A stretch of 64,000 nt of DNA from Coleofasciculus sp. B1-GNL1-01 (lineage in GTDB: Bacteria > Cyanobacteriota > Cyanobacteriia > Cyanobacteriales > Coleofasciculaceae), in NCBI GenBank assembly GCA_040220235.1, contig JAVJTO010000071.1; one strand, written 5' to 3'. Below, piece after piece: positions 9,380-19,366 of this stretch. The notes under the pieces are model-generated. The model had not been told where the DNA came from, made no database searches, and saw only the letters and a program-made list of their open reading frames with translations. The translations under genes and the position numbers were made by a program. Each line of letters starts with the position of its first letter. Position 1 is the stretch's first letter.

Positions 9380-12052
9380 CTATAGCCAATTACCGATCAG
9401 AACGAACGATGCCCAAAAATAGGGATGTTTGTATAAGGGTTCTTCGAGAAGACTAAGCTGTGCTTGTCGCAATGCTTCAGCTTTGCTCACCTTCAGATCC
9501 GTTAGTTGGTGATAGAATTCCTGCATCATTTTTGAAGTGGATTCATCACTCACTGACCAGAGACTGGCGATTGTACTTTTTGCACCCGATCGCAGGGCAA
9601 ATCCTGCTAAACCTAATGTAGCTCGATTATCTCCGGCTGCGGTTTGACAGGCACTCATGACTAATAGTTCAATCGGTTGTAGTAGCCCCAGCCGCCGTTT
9701 TTGAAAGATTAGATCGAAGTCTTCTATGGAAATGCGATCGCTCCAGGTGAGCAGAAAGGTTTCCTCCGGATTAGAACTGAATTGACCGTGAGTCGCCAGG
9801 TGAACGATGGGGAAGGATTGGTTGTTAATCAGTTCTTTAAATGTGCCGAAGGTAAAGGTTTCATTAAATAGCACTTTAGAGTTGACTTGTTGCGACACTT
9901 GCGCTATCTCTTCATCAACGCCGGGTAAGGGACTAAACCCTTGACGCGCTTCGGTTAACCCAGCGGCTAATAAACGCAGTTCCTCTTGGGAGAGTCCTTG
10001 GGGAAACAGTTGTAATCCGGGGCTGAAGACAACCCGATACTTTTGCAGGATATACTGTTCTCCATCATAGAGTGCCGCCATGGGTAAGTTGCGGAGAAAG
10101 CCATCGGGGACAAATACCAGCGTCTGGATATCTTGGCTAGTCATCGCCGCTTCAGCGGGTTGGATTAACCAGGTATACACCTGTTGAGAGAGTTTTAACC
10201 GTTCGCTACTCGGATAGCCAGGAGACAGGGCGGAATACAGTTGTGTCAGCGTGGATTCAACCTCAGCTTGGGTGAGTTGAGTGGCGTAGTGGGTGAGGGG
10301 TTGATTGGGAATCGAGAGGATTACTTCCAAGCGATCGGGTAATATAATTGGATAAATTACCGCTGCTTGGGTATCAATTTCTTCTAAAGCAACCGGATTA
10401 GTATCTAAACAAGCATCTTGGAAAAAGTTATCCAGTTCGGCTAATTGCAACGCTTCCATCACATCACGGGCTTGTTGCAAATTGGCTTGATTATCCCCTG
10501 CTGTTAACAGTAAGCTAACAAGCTGGCGATAGAGGGGTTCAATCCCTTCTTTAAAGTCGAACTGAACATCGGCACTAATCGCCACTAAATCACTGCGTAG
10601 GGATTGGATATTATCAAAGGCAATTTTATAAGCGGCGAGGGCTTCGTTGGTTTTGCCTTGTTTTTGCAGGATTTCACCCAATTGTCCCCCCGCCCGTGCC
10701 GCGATATCGTCGGCGTTAATTTCTTGAGCGAGTTTTAGTGACTGTTGGGATAGGGTTTGACTATCGTTTAGTTTCCCATTCGCCTGATACAGTTTACCCA
10801 ATTGATACAGGGCATAAGCTTCGGCTCTAGGATCGTTAATTTGTCGGGCTTGGTTAACGGCTTTCGCCAAGAGTTTTGATGTATCCACTGCCAAGGAGTC
10901 TGACATCCCGGCTTCATCGTATTTCATCAAACTATCTGCCAGATTAATTTGGGCATAAATTGCCGGACGCGAGGCAGACAGTTGGTTCACTTTGGGGGTG
11001 ATAATGGGGATAAATTCTTGGGCGACATCCCAGCGTTGTAACTCGATTAACATTCGCAATTGATTCAGTTGCGCTTCTAGTTGAGTTAGGGGATCAGGGG
11101 TTAATTCGGCGGCTTGTTGATAGTACGTCCAAGCGACGGCATATTCTTGTAAATCTCGCGCTACATTGCCAATGCTAAATAGTGCCTCACTGGTATCTTG
11201 GGGTGAGTTTAACTGTTGACTAATTTGCCAACTGGCTTCTAACACGGCTTTCGACTGGCGCAGTTGACCCAGGGTTTGTAATGCCACACCTAAACTTCTC
11301 AATCCCTTGGCTTTCAGCAGACTATTGGGTTCCGTTTGTAATTCACTCACCAATTGTTCCAAGAGAGACTTGGCTCGTCGATATTTTCCCAAGGTTTGTA
11401 AGGCTTGGGCTTGGTTAATTTGGCTGATTAATTGTCCGGTTTTGTCGTCTGCCTGTTCATAAATGGAGGCGGCTTTTTTCCAGGTATCTAACGCGGTTTG
11501 GCTTTGTCCTTGCAGCAGGTGAATCGTGCCTTGAGTATTCAAGGCTTGGGCAAGGAGTAAGCGGGTATTTTTGTCAGTATCCGGTTGAGATTTTAACAGG
11601 TTTAAACTTTGTGCGATCGCGCTTTGGGCAGATTCCGTATTTCCTAATTCTTTATACGCCAACGCCAGGTAATTCAACGCCTGGGCTTGCTTGAGAATGA
11701 ACCCCTCAGCGGCAAAAGTATCTGCTGCGTCTTGCCAGACTCTTGCAGCTTGGTCAAATTGTCCAGCTTGATAATAAAGTTTCCCCTGTTCAACTAAATC
11801 TGATGGTTCAACCGTTTGGCTGTAGAGAGGTTCTATTGGGGGTTCTACTATTTCCGCCCGGTTCTCGACGATTTCCTCCGTCTGATTCCCCATACCCAAC
11901 GGAGGATAAGCTGCCGTTGCTGGCAACTTGGGTGATTGTAAAGATAGGGTTAGGAAAAAAGCACCCAGAATCAAAGCAATAAAAGAACGGGGGCGTTTCA
12001 GCCAACCCTTAAGTGTTTTGTTTACTTGAGAATAGGTTTTACTCATAGTCAT
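9380..12052 (-). CDS. TPR + CHAT (caspase-family) protease with signal peptide
   Basis: TPR helices; intact IVHLATHGQF and LLVMSACQTA catalytic motifs; HPYFWASFVLIGNWL terminus. Confidence 0.95.
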   Translation of the reverse strand: MTMSKTYSQVNKTLKGWLKRPRSFIALILGAFFLTLSLQSPKLPATAAYPPLGMGNQTEEIVENRAEIVEPPIEPLYSQTVEPSDLVEQGKLYYQAGQFDQAARVWQDAADTFAAEGFILKQAQALNYLALAYKELGNTESAQSAIAQSLNLLKSQPDTDKNTRLLLAQALNTQGTIHLLQGQSQTALDTWKKAASIYEQADDKTGQLISQINQAQALQTLGKYRRAKSLLEQLVSELQTEPNSLLKAKGLRSLGVALQTLGQLRQSKAVLEASWQISQQLNSPQDTSEALFSIGNVARDLQEYAVAWTYYQQAAELTPDPLTQLEAQLNQLRMLIELQRWDVAQEFIPIITPKVNQLSASRPAIYAQINLADSLMKYDEAGMSDSLAVDTSKLLAKAVNQARQINDPRAEAYALYQLGKLYQANGKLNDSQTLSQQSLKLAQEINADDIAARAGGQLGEILQKQGKTNEALAAYKIAFDNIQSLRSDLVAISADVQFDFKEGIEPLYRQLVSLLLTAGDNQANLQQARDVMEALQLAELDNFFQDACLDTNPVALEEIDTQAAVIYPIILPDRLEVILSIPNQPLTHYATQLTQAEVESTLTQLYSALSPGYPSSERLKLSQQVYTWLIQPAEAAMTSQDIQTLVFVPDGFLRNLPMAALYDGEQYILQKYRVVFSPGLQLFPQGLSQEELRLLAAGLTEARQGFSPLPGVDEEIAQVSQQVNSKVLFNETFTFGTFKELINNQSFPIVHLATHGQFSSNPEETFLLTWSDRISIEDFDLIFQKRRLGLLQPIELLVMSACQTAAGDNRATLGLAGFALRSGAKSTIASLWSVSDESTSKMMQEFYHQLTDLKVSKAEALRQAQLSLLEEPLYKHPYFWASFVLIGNWL

Positions 12053-12461
12053 TCATTTATGCATCTCTTAAATAATTCGTAGGGGCGCACCGACGTGCGC
12101 CCTTTGCCCTTTCCCCACCGACGTGCGCCCTATTCACCGACATATACCCAGATATTGCTCAAAATTTAAACTTCTCTAAATCCCCTTAAAAAGAAAGACT
12201 TTGAGAAAACTATTGTTTTTTTGCCTCCCTTTTCTGAAAATTATTGCTTCTTCCCCAGGAATTTTTGCTTCTTGTTCCCCCCTTTTAAAGGAGGGTTAGG
12301 GGGGATCTCTTACCCACCTAAAGCTTCTGATGCTAAATCCACCTTTGTCACCCCCTTGATACCTTAAGTCCTGTTGCCTGTTGCTTGTTGCCTTGTCCCC
12401 ACTATAAAGGAGGTAGTTGACCCGGATTGAGTATGATGCAATACCTCGATAAGGGCGCACG

Positions 12462-15400
12462 TCAGTGCGCCCCTACACAATTGGCGTATTGATTCGGTAA
12501 TGTCTCTTGAGGCACAGCCGCCACTAATTCAATCTCTCCTTGTTCATTTTTTACCCAACCCGTCGCTTCCACAAGATACCGCCGTTCAGAAGTTGATTCT
12601 ACCGGATTCGGAACAGGCTGTTTAGCTTGAGGCTGATTTTCCGGTGCAGTTGCGGCAAAATCGCGCACATCCGATAACAAGGTTTGACCGCGAATCGGTG
12701 CCGTAGGATCACTGGGGACTCCTCCTCGCCCAGTAATTGTAAACACATTCCCCTCAGCCGCCGCACAGGTTTTCACCACTTGGTTACTGGTATCAGCAAG
12801 TTGATCCGGTAGTTTGATTAATCCTGATTCAGGATCAATCTCTGGACTCGTTAGCGAGAATGTACCATCAATACCCAACTCAGAACTAACAGTAATGTCA
12901 TTAGTCATGACTTCTCGTGGGTTATCTAAGTCCCGAAACTCAATAAAAAAGAGATCATTTGTTGAAATACCAATATTACCTCCATCACCCTCGAAGGCAT
13001 TAGCGGTAATATCGCTATTTTGTCCAGGAACGGCAACAACAAATGGGGTAGCGATTTGAATATTTCCTCCATTCCCGAACCCACTATCTATCCCGGCTGT
13101 CGCTGAAATTAAACTCCCTCCGCGCAAGATTATTATATTGTCTAAGGATAGGGCAATATTCCCCCCATCATCACTGGCGGCTTCTGCCGAAATCCGACCA
13201 TTATCTAGAATCAATTGACCGCCTTGAAGCTGAATACTTCCCCCTGTTCCTGTACCTTCGCTATCTACGGAAATTGCTCCACCATCGCGAATTTGAACCA
13301 AGTTTGGATCAATGAAGATACTGCCACTATTTCCTGTAGACTCTGGGGTTGTACTGGAAAAGATACCTGTATTTTCACCCATAATGGTAATCACGTTGTC
13401 CACATTGACAACTGTGTTCCCGGCATTACCACTTCCGGCGGTATCGGTGCTGATTTGCGCTCCATCTTTCAAGATGAGAGCGTTTCCAGTAATCTCAACT
13501 AAACCGCCATTTCCTGATGAACCTTCGGCAGCATTAGAAAACACACCTGTATCTTCACCAAAAAGTTGAATTGAGTTAGCGTTGACGAATATTTTGCCCG
13601 CATCTTGGCTACTTTCAGTCAACGCTTCTAACTGTGCGCCGTTCCTAACAGATAGGGATGCGGCATTAATCGTTAATGTGCCGCCACCTCCAGTTGCACC
13701 CGCCAAGGTTCCGACATACACACCACTAGGGTCAAAGTCCCCACCTTTATCGCCATCAAATATAGCTGCCCCAGTTACATCAATATTAATATTTCCGGCA
13801 TTACTCCCTGCTTCTGATTGACCACTGGTACTGGCACTAATAAATCCACTATCCGTTACCGAAAGCTGATTTGTATTAATGGTAATGTCGTTCCCTTGAC
13901 CCTTTGATGTGGGTGCAACCTCACTTAGAATACCACTAGGGATTGGGAAGTTTGGACCCAGTACAGCACCCTTAATCTCAATTTCATCAGCATTAACATC
14001 AATTTGACCCGCATTTCCTGATGCGACAGTCGTCGTTCTAATTTGTCCCCCATCTTCCAGCAAAAGTTTACCCGTCTCGACTGAAACCATCCCCGCATTG
14101 CCATTCCCTCGACGAATGCCCATTGGAAATAAGGCATCAGGCAAGGCAGGAAAATCGGATGCATCAGCAAAAAACGGACCGTTAGGAATATTCAAAAAAG
14201 GCAGTACCGCACTCACAATCCCACTAGGGTTGTCGCCTGATGTTCCAATTAATTTAATTGATTCCGTGGCAATAACACTAACATTTCCAGCGTTTCCTAC
14301 ACCTGCTGTGGAAGAAAAAATCTGGCTGCCATCTGTAGCCATCAGTGTGTTTGTGGTTACTACCACCTCTCCAGCATTGCCTCCCCTGACAAAAGAGGTT
14401 TCACTGGAAATTGTACTACTATTTTCTAGGACTATGGAATCAGCCTCGACGCTGACAGCACCAGCGTTTCCTGTACCTGATGTTGCTGTGTTGATTCTAC
14501 TCCCTTGGCGCAGGCTCAAGGAACTGGTGGAAATATTGATAGCACCACCTTGTTCGCTACCGACGTAAAGAGTTTCAACTTCATTGTTATTTGTTAATTG
14601 AATGGTAGGAGCTGTGAGACTGATATCACCGCCAAGCCCATTAGCTTGAGTAAAACTCACACTTTCAATCTTACTTGAGTCATTAAAAAGAATTGACGTA
14701 CCACTATTCATCGTTACATCACCGCCAACTAATCCCACGGATGCAATTTCACTGTTAGCCGCAATAGAAAGATCTCCACGAGCATCAATGGCAATGTCTC
14801 CCCCTAGCTCAAACATTGGTAATTGGGGTTCCAATTTATCTGCGGCTGTAATAAGACTTTCGACTTGAATACTGCCATTGGATAAAGCTAAGTTGGGTTG
14901 ATATTGATTCGTCAGTAGGACTAAACCACCAGATTGGGCAATTTCAATCTTACCCACGCTAATATTAGAACCACTGAGAGAAGGCGTTTCAAATGTAACC
15001 GAACCTGTAGGAATATCCGTTGGTGTTGGAATACCTGGAACTCCCGTAAATGGCGCTTGAGTCCAGTCAATTCCGGCTCTCACATCTAAGGTTGCTTGAC
15101 TATCTCCATTGACAGTAACCGAAGTGCCATCAGACAATGTAACATTACTCAGGGCGCTATAGGGTGTATTTGTTCCCGGAATCAGGGTGTCATTGTTACT
15201 GTTAATTGTGCTAGCCGTTGGTCCCGTATTATTAATGGTAACTGTGCCTAACTCAACACTTCCTCCTGCCAAGATATGTAGCGACGCACCCTCATAATTA
15301 CCGAGTTTCACATCACCTGCAGCTAGGACAATGGGATCATCGGCGGCAAAACTATTCCCTGGAGTCCCGTCGAGTTGCTCAACCGAAAATTGACCATTAG

Positions 15401-16265
15401 TGGCATAATGACCATCAAGTTGAATGTCATTAGCTGAACGCAGAGTCATGTTGCCGTTGGAACTCAAGCCACTATTTGCATGGTTTAAGATAGATAGGGT
15501 TAAGCCTTGATTTCCTTGGGCGACAAATTCACCCCCAGCCATGGCGATAAATGGATTAGTCGCCGTATCTTCTATGGTTAATAGTTCTGAGGCTTTGAGT
15601 TTCAGGTCGCTCCCAGCTGTTAATTGACCCCCTTCTAGGTCAATCGTTTGACCGATGAATGATAAATCTTGTCCGGCTGATAAATTTCCTGTACTGGTAA
15701 TGTCTCCAGTCGGGGGTAACCATTGAGAAATACCTAAAGGAGTCGTAACGGTGAGCAAGGGGGGCGAATCAGGATTCGTAGCGCTGAATGTATACCCATT
15801 GTCGAATACGACACCACCCGATGTGCTAGCCGCAAAAGAGCCAGCAACATCCAGACGAGCATTCGGACCAAAGATAATCCCATTGGGATTGAGTAAATAC
15901 AGATTGGCGTCACCCAAAACGCCTAATGTCCCAAAAATATCTGAGTGATTGTTTCCGGTGACTCGACTGAAAATATTGGCAATATCACTAGGATTGGCAA
16001 AGTAAACCTGTTGACCTTCATTGACATTAAACTGATCAAAGCTATGAAATAAGGTTGATCCTCGGCTTGCACCACCATTGATTAGATCGATAATCTGGTT
16101 ATTAAGCTCAACATTGGGCGTGACAATAGAACTCTCTGAACCCAATGTGTTATCTGGCACAATTGATTGTGAAAAACTAGGCAGAGGATCACCAAAAATA
16201 TAACCAAATGCGCCGCTGATTAGGGCAACTTTACAAATACTGAACCAATCACGCTTGTGAAGCAT
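12462..16265 (-). CDS. Filamentous haemagglutinin N-terminal (TPS) domain exoprotein
   Basis: LFHSFDQFNV, NIFSRVTG, LLNPNGIIFG motifs; GNAG beta-helix repeats; FTITGRGG and EATGW C-terminal motifs. Confidence 0.95.
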   Translation of the reverse strand: MLHKRDWFSICKVALISGAFGYIFGDPLPSFSQSIVPDNTLGSESSIVTPNVELNNQIIDLINGGASRGSTLFHSFDQFNVNEGQQVYFANPSDIANIFSRVTGNNHSDIFGTLGVLGDANLYLLNPNGIIFGPNARLDVAGSFAASTSGGVVFDNGYTFSATNPDSPPLLTVTTPLGISQWLPPTGDITSTGNLSAGQDLSFIGQTIDLEGGQLTAGSDLKLKASELLTIEDTATNPFIAMAGGEFVAQGNQGLTLSILNHANSGLSSNGNMTLRSANDIQLDGHYATNGQFSVEQLDGTPGNSFAADDPIVLAAGDVKLGNYEGASLHILAGGSVELGTVTINNTGPTASTINSNNDTLIPGTNTPYSALSNVTLSDGTSVTVNGDSQATLDVRAGIDWTQAPFTGVPGIPTPTDIPTGSVTFETPSLSGSNISVGKIEIAQSGGLVLLTNQYQPNLALSNGSIQVESLITAADKLEPQLPMFELGGDIAIDARGDLSIAANSEIASVGLVGGDVTMNSGTSILFNDSSKIESVSFTQANGLGGDISLTAPTIQLTNNNEVETLYVGSEQGGAINISTSSLSLRQGSRINTATSGTGNAGAVSVEADSIVLENSSTISSETSFVRGGNAGEVVVTTNTLMATDGSQIFSSTAGVGNAGNVSVIATESIKLIGTSGDNPSGIVSAVLPFLNIPNGPFFADASDFPALPDALFPMGIRRGNGNAGMVSVETGKLLLEDGGQIRTTTVASGNAGQIDVNADEIEIKGAVLGPNFPIPSGILSEVAPTSKGQGNDITINTNQLSVTDSGFISASTSGQSEAGSNAGNINIDVTGAAIFDGDKGGDFDPSGVYVGTLAGATGGGGTLTINAASLSVRNGAQLEALTESSQDAGKIFVNANSIQLFGEDTGVFSNAAEGSSGNGGLVEITGNALILKDGAQISTDTAGSGNAGNTVVNVDNVITIMGENTGIFSSTTPESTGNSGSIFIDPNLVQIRDGGAISVDSEGTGTGGSIQLQGGQLILDNGRISAEAASDDGGNIALSLDNIIILRGGSLISATAGIDSGFGNGGNIQIATPFVVAVPGQNSDITANAFEGDGGNIGISTNDLFFIEFRDLDNPREVMTNDITVSSELGIDGTFSLTSPEIDPESGLIKLPDQLADTSNQVVKTCAAAEGNVFTITGRGGVPSDPTAPIRGQTLLSDVRDFAATAPENQPQAKQPVPNPVESTSERRYLVEATGWVKNEQGEIELVAAVPQETLPNQYANCVGAH

Positions 16266-16825
16266 TGTCCTTCCTTCCTAGCAATCTCAATATGGCTATT
16301 TGTCAAAGCTCAGTAATGAGCTGATTTTAAGATATGACACAACTGTTTTGTTTGTTGATTGACTCACTCGAACTATCGGGGAAAACGTCACCGTTATAGT
16401 GCCGTGAGCCACCTAGTATGTAGTAAGCACTTTAGTGCTTTAATGCCCAGCTAGAGAGGGCTAAGGTCTCCTGACAACGAAGCAAGTCTGTTCCAGAATT
16501 TGAGCTGTGTCTATCCAGATAGTTGGGTTAAGCGATCGCGAAATCCAACCCAATTGAATCTTTTGTGCTGTCCCTGATATTCTCCCAATAATCCAATTCT
16601 ATATAAGTTAATCATTCTAGCATATAACTAGGGTAAATATAACATTTTTTTAGTTTATTTTATGAAGGTAGATTACGCTCAAAACCTGCACTGATAGTCT
16701 TGGCTTCAACGATATATTTTTCTAAATGAGTTGTGAAAATGTGTCTACAGCTATAATCAATTGGGTGAGTCTCAGGGGCATAGGTTTTTACAGATAGAGG
16801 GTGCGTTACGCTTTGCTAACGCACC

Positions 16826-19231
16826 CTACAGTTTATATAGCGTTTCATTTGAGTTGTGAACCCCACCGTTGCCACCTTCAATGATCTCTGACAACGAACT
16901 TCCCTTGATTGTATCTACCCCATTGCCACCTTTTAGTGTGACAGTGGCTTTAGCAGGAGCAATGACATTAAGTTGGGATAAGTCGATATCTCCCTGACCA
17001 TTTTGGGTATCAAAGGTCATCGTTGTCCCCAAAATCTCTAAGTCTGTCGCCAGATAGCCTTTGTTTTTTAAAGCATTAAGGTCTAATGTCGTCAGTCGGG
17101 TGGTAGTGACAGATGAGTCAATCACAATCTTTAAACTGCTTAAGGAATTAGTTGCTGGAGCAAGAGTATTGAGTGCGTCTTGCAAATCATTGTAGTTGAT
17201 AATCTCTGTTCCTGGCGTTAAATTTTCATTCGCCAAAGACACGTCATCTGATTGGGCTAAAATAATCACGTTATCAGCGAAATCTGGAGTGACTTGAGCC
17301 TCAGCAATTGCCATCCGTTCAGTTTTGTTGGTGTTAGGATTTATTAGCTCAAGATCGCCCGAATTGAAAATATCAGCACCTCCACGACTATCTTCACTTA
17401 ATGCACTCGAATAAACCATCTCCATTAATTGCTGATTAAAATCAGCAATTTGTTGTGCCGCCGTTGGATCAGTGAATGTATCCAGTGCCAGAAAAGCATT
17501 CCACTCATTGGGAATTAGACTGATCAGCCCTTTATTATCAAAGTCAAAATGAAGACCTGCTGCACCCTTTTGTCCGCTAGGAAGAAAATCGGATGTGTTA
17601 TAAGCCTGTCCACTGGCTATTAGTGAATCACAATTGTCATAAATGATCTGACCCGTTACAGTGCTGATACAGTAATCGAAATCTAGAATGGTTACGTATT
17701 CGGGATTGAGCGGATCATCTGTTTTGGGATCAAACAGGTCAGAATAAATACGTACTGGCTCTCCATTACTGAGCGTCCCGATGTACCGCATAAACGGAAT
17801 TGTGCCATAGTCAGCACTGGTGTTATTCGATGTGCTTGATTCAAAAACATTAGCACCGTTGGCTGCGACACTAACTTGACCCCCAACGATATTTTGCTTG
17901 ACGTTTACTATCGATGAACCCGCTACTTTGTCAATTTTATCGACAGGAAGCCAAAATTTTCCTTTAACTTGCGTGTTGTTGTATTCCGATAATTTAGCAT
18001 TTTCCCCTAATGAAGCGTAGATATTGTTGGTTTGAACATACTCATTACTGACAATTGTTTTTACTGTCAATTGTGCGGATTCACCAGAGGAGAGGGAAGG
18101 AATTACCACTTCCACAGAGTCTGGATTGCCATCACCCGTTAAGCTTTGACCATTGGCAGCAATATAGGGGTCAATCGTACCATCCTGATCCGGATCGTAT
18201 GTATCCAAATTAATTGCGCCAGCAGGAATAAATAATTCGGAGACGTTTAACTGTAAGTCAGCACTATCGGTAATCAAAACAGACTCAGCCAGCGCTGAAC
18301 CCTTGTTAGTGACGGTCAATGTATAGGAAAATTCTTCATCGGGAATTGCAATGTTTTGACCTTCTGATGTTGGGATGAATGTCTTGACAACTTCCAAGTC
18401 AATTTCTTGCCGATTGCCGAAGTCATTATCGATTCCAGGCATATCAGCAACAGTAAATTCCTCAAATCCAGCATCTGAACCATTTATTTTATCCGCACTG
18501 CCTAACTTGGCAAAGAGATAAACATAAGTGCTATCATCGGCTCCCGCAAAAGCACGTTCAGGAATATAAAATAAGGCGTCACCGGAACCACTTCCCGATG
18601 TCAACGCTGCATCAAACAGCACCGAGTTGCCTAAATCAAAAACAGCTTGTCCGCCATTTAAGGCTCCCGTTAGCGTCTGATTGCTGGGATTGTAACCACT
18701 CAGCGTAGGAGAATCGCCCAAAAAGAGTCTAAACTCTTCTAGCACGATCTCAGAAGCCCTATTCCTTTCATTCAAATCCAGGCGGATTTCGCGGAACGTT
18801 TCTCCCGCTTTCGTCACCTGTGGCAGTTCAGACAGTTGCAGCGATCGCGCTGATGTGACATCGGGTTGACTCACCGCTGCATCTGTGTTATAGCCTTCCT
18901 CTTCCGGAGTAGCTTTCAGTTTAAGAAATGAGTCATTAGTACCAGAACCCGACGCTAAATCAGCACGAACAATATAAGCACCATTGACAAATCCTGACTG
19001 ATTAGCGGTTAAATCCAGAACTGAGTCTGTGAAAATATGAGGTGTCGCCTCTGTCCCCGTTTGTAAATTCGTAGCCGTTAACAAAAATGTTGCACTCGCC
19101 GAATGATCAGGATGAGCAAGCCAAAAGGATAGAGTCAGAAAAAAAGCACCTAGAAGCGGCACAAGAGAAGAACGGGGGTGCTTTAGCCAACCTTTAAGAG
19201 TTTTGTTGATTTGAGAATATATTGTACTCAT
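16826..19231 (-). CDS. Chimeric DUF11-containing surface protein (CHAT-derived signal peptide + adhesin paralog body, truncated before RTX repeats)
   Basis: First 35 aa match the N-terminus of the CHAT protein; remainder is colinear with 19367..24163 minus the SdrD repeats; ends at the first GGNG. Confidence 0.75.
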   Translation of the reverse strand: MSTIYSQINKTLKGWLKHPRSSLVPLLGAFFLTLSFWLAHPDHSASATFLLTATNLQTGTEATPHIFTDSVLDLTANQSGFVNGAYIVRADLASGSGTNDSFLKLKATPEEEGYNTDAAVSQPDVTSARSLQLSELPQVTKAGETFREIRLDLNERNRASEIVLEEFRLFLGDSPTLSGYNPSNQTLTGALNGGQAVFDLGNSVLFDAALTSGSGSGDALFYIPERAFAGADDSTYVYLFAKLGSADKINGSDAGFEEFTVADMPGIDNDFGNRQEIDLEVVKTFIPTSEGQNIAIPDEEFSYTLTVTNKGSALAESVLITDSADLQLNVSELFIPAGAINLDTYDPDQDGTIDPYIAANGQSLTGDGNPDSVEVVIPSLSSGESAQLTVKTIVSNEYVQTNNIYASLGENAKLSEYNNTQVKGKFWLPVDKIDKVAGSSIVNVKQNIVGGQVSVAANGANVFESSTSNNTSADYGTIPFMRYIGTLSNGEPVRIYSDLFDPKTDDPLNPEYVTILDFDYCISTVTGQIIYDNCDSLIASGQAYNTSDFLPSGQKGAAGLHFDFDNKGLISLIPNEWNAFLALDTFTDPTAAQQIADFNQQLMEMVYSSALSEDSRGGADIFNSGDLELINPNTNKTERMAIAEAQVTPDFADNVIILAQSDDVSLANENLTPGTEIINYNDLQDALNTLAPATNSLSSLKIVIDSSVTTTRLTTLDLNALKNKGYLATDLEILGTTMTFDTQNGQGDIDLSQLNVIAPAKATVTLKGGNGVDTIKGSSLSEIIEGGNGGVHNSNETLYKL

Positions 19232-19263
19232 GTTAATCCGTTGACAAAACTATCGATAATCCA

Positions 19264-19357
19264 TAAGGGCGCACGTCGGTGCGCCCTACACTGATATTAA
19301 GATTCCTCCTCGACCCTCGAATGCATCAGCGGTAATATTGCTATTTTGCTCAGGAAC
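19264..19357 (-). pseudogene. Relic of an FHA gene 3' end
   Basis: Minus strand translates to VPEQNSNITADAFEGRGG (cf. VPGQNSDITANAFEGDGG in 12462..16265), followed by the same GGGCGCACxGACGTGCGCCC palindrome that ends that gene. Confidence 0.75.
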
Positions 19358-19366
19358 TTTTAGACA

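Noticed and set aside
12814..15948. Short ORFs overlapping the FHA gene
   Set aside because: Shadow or alternative-frame ORFs without independent evidence
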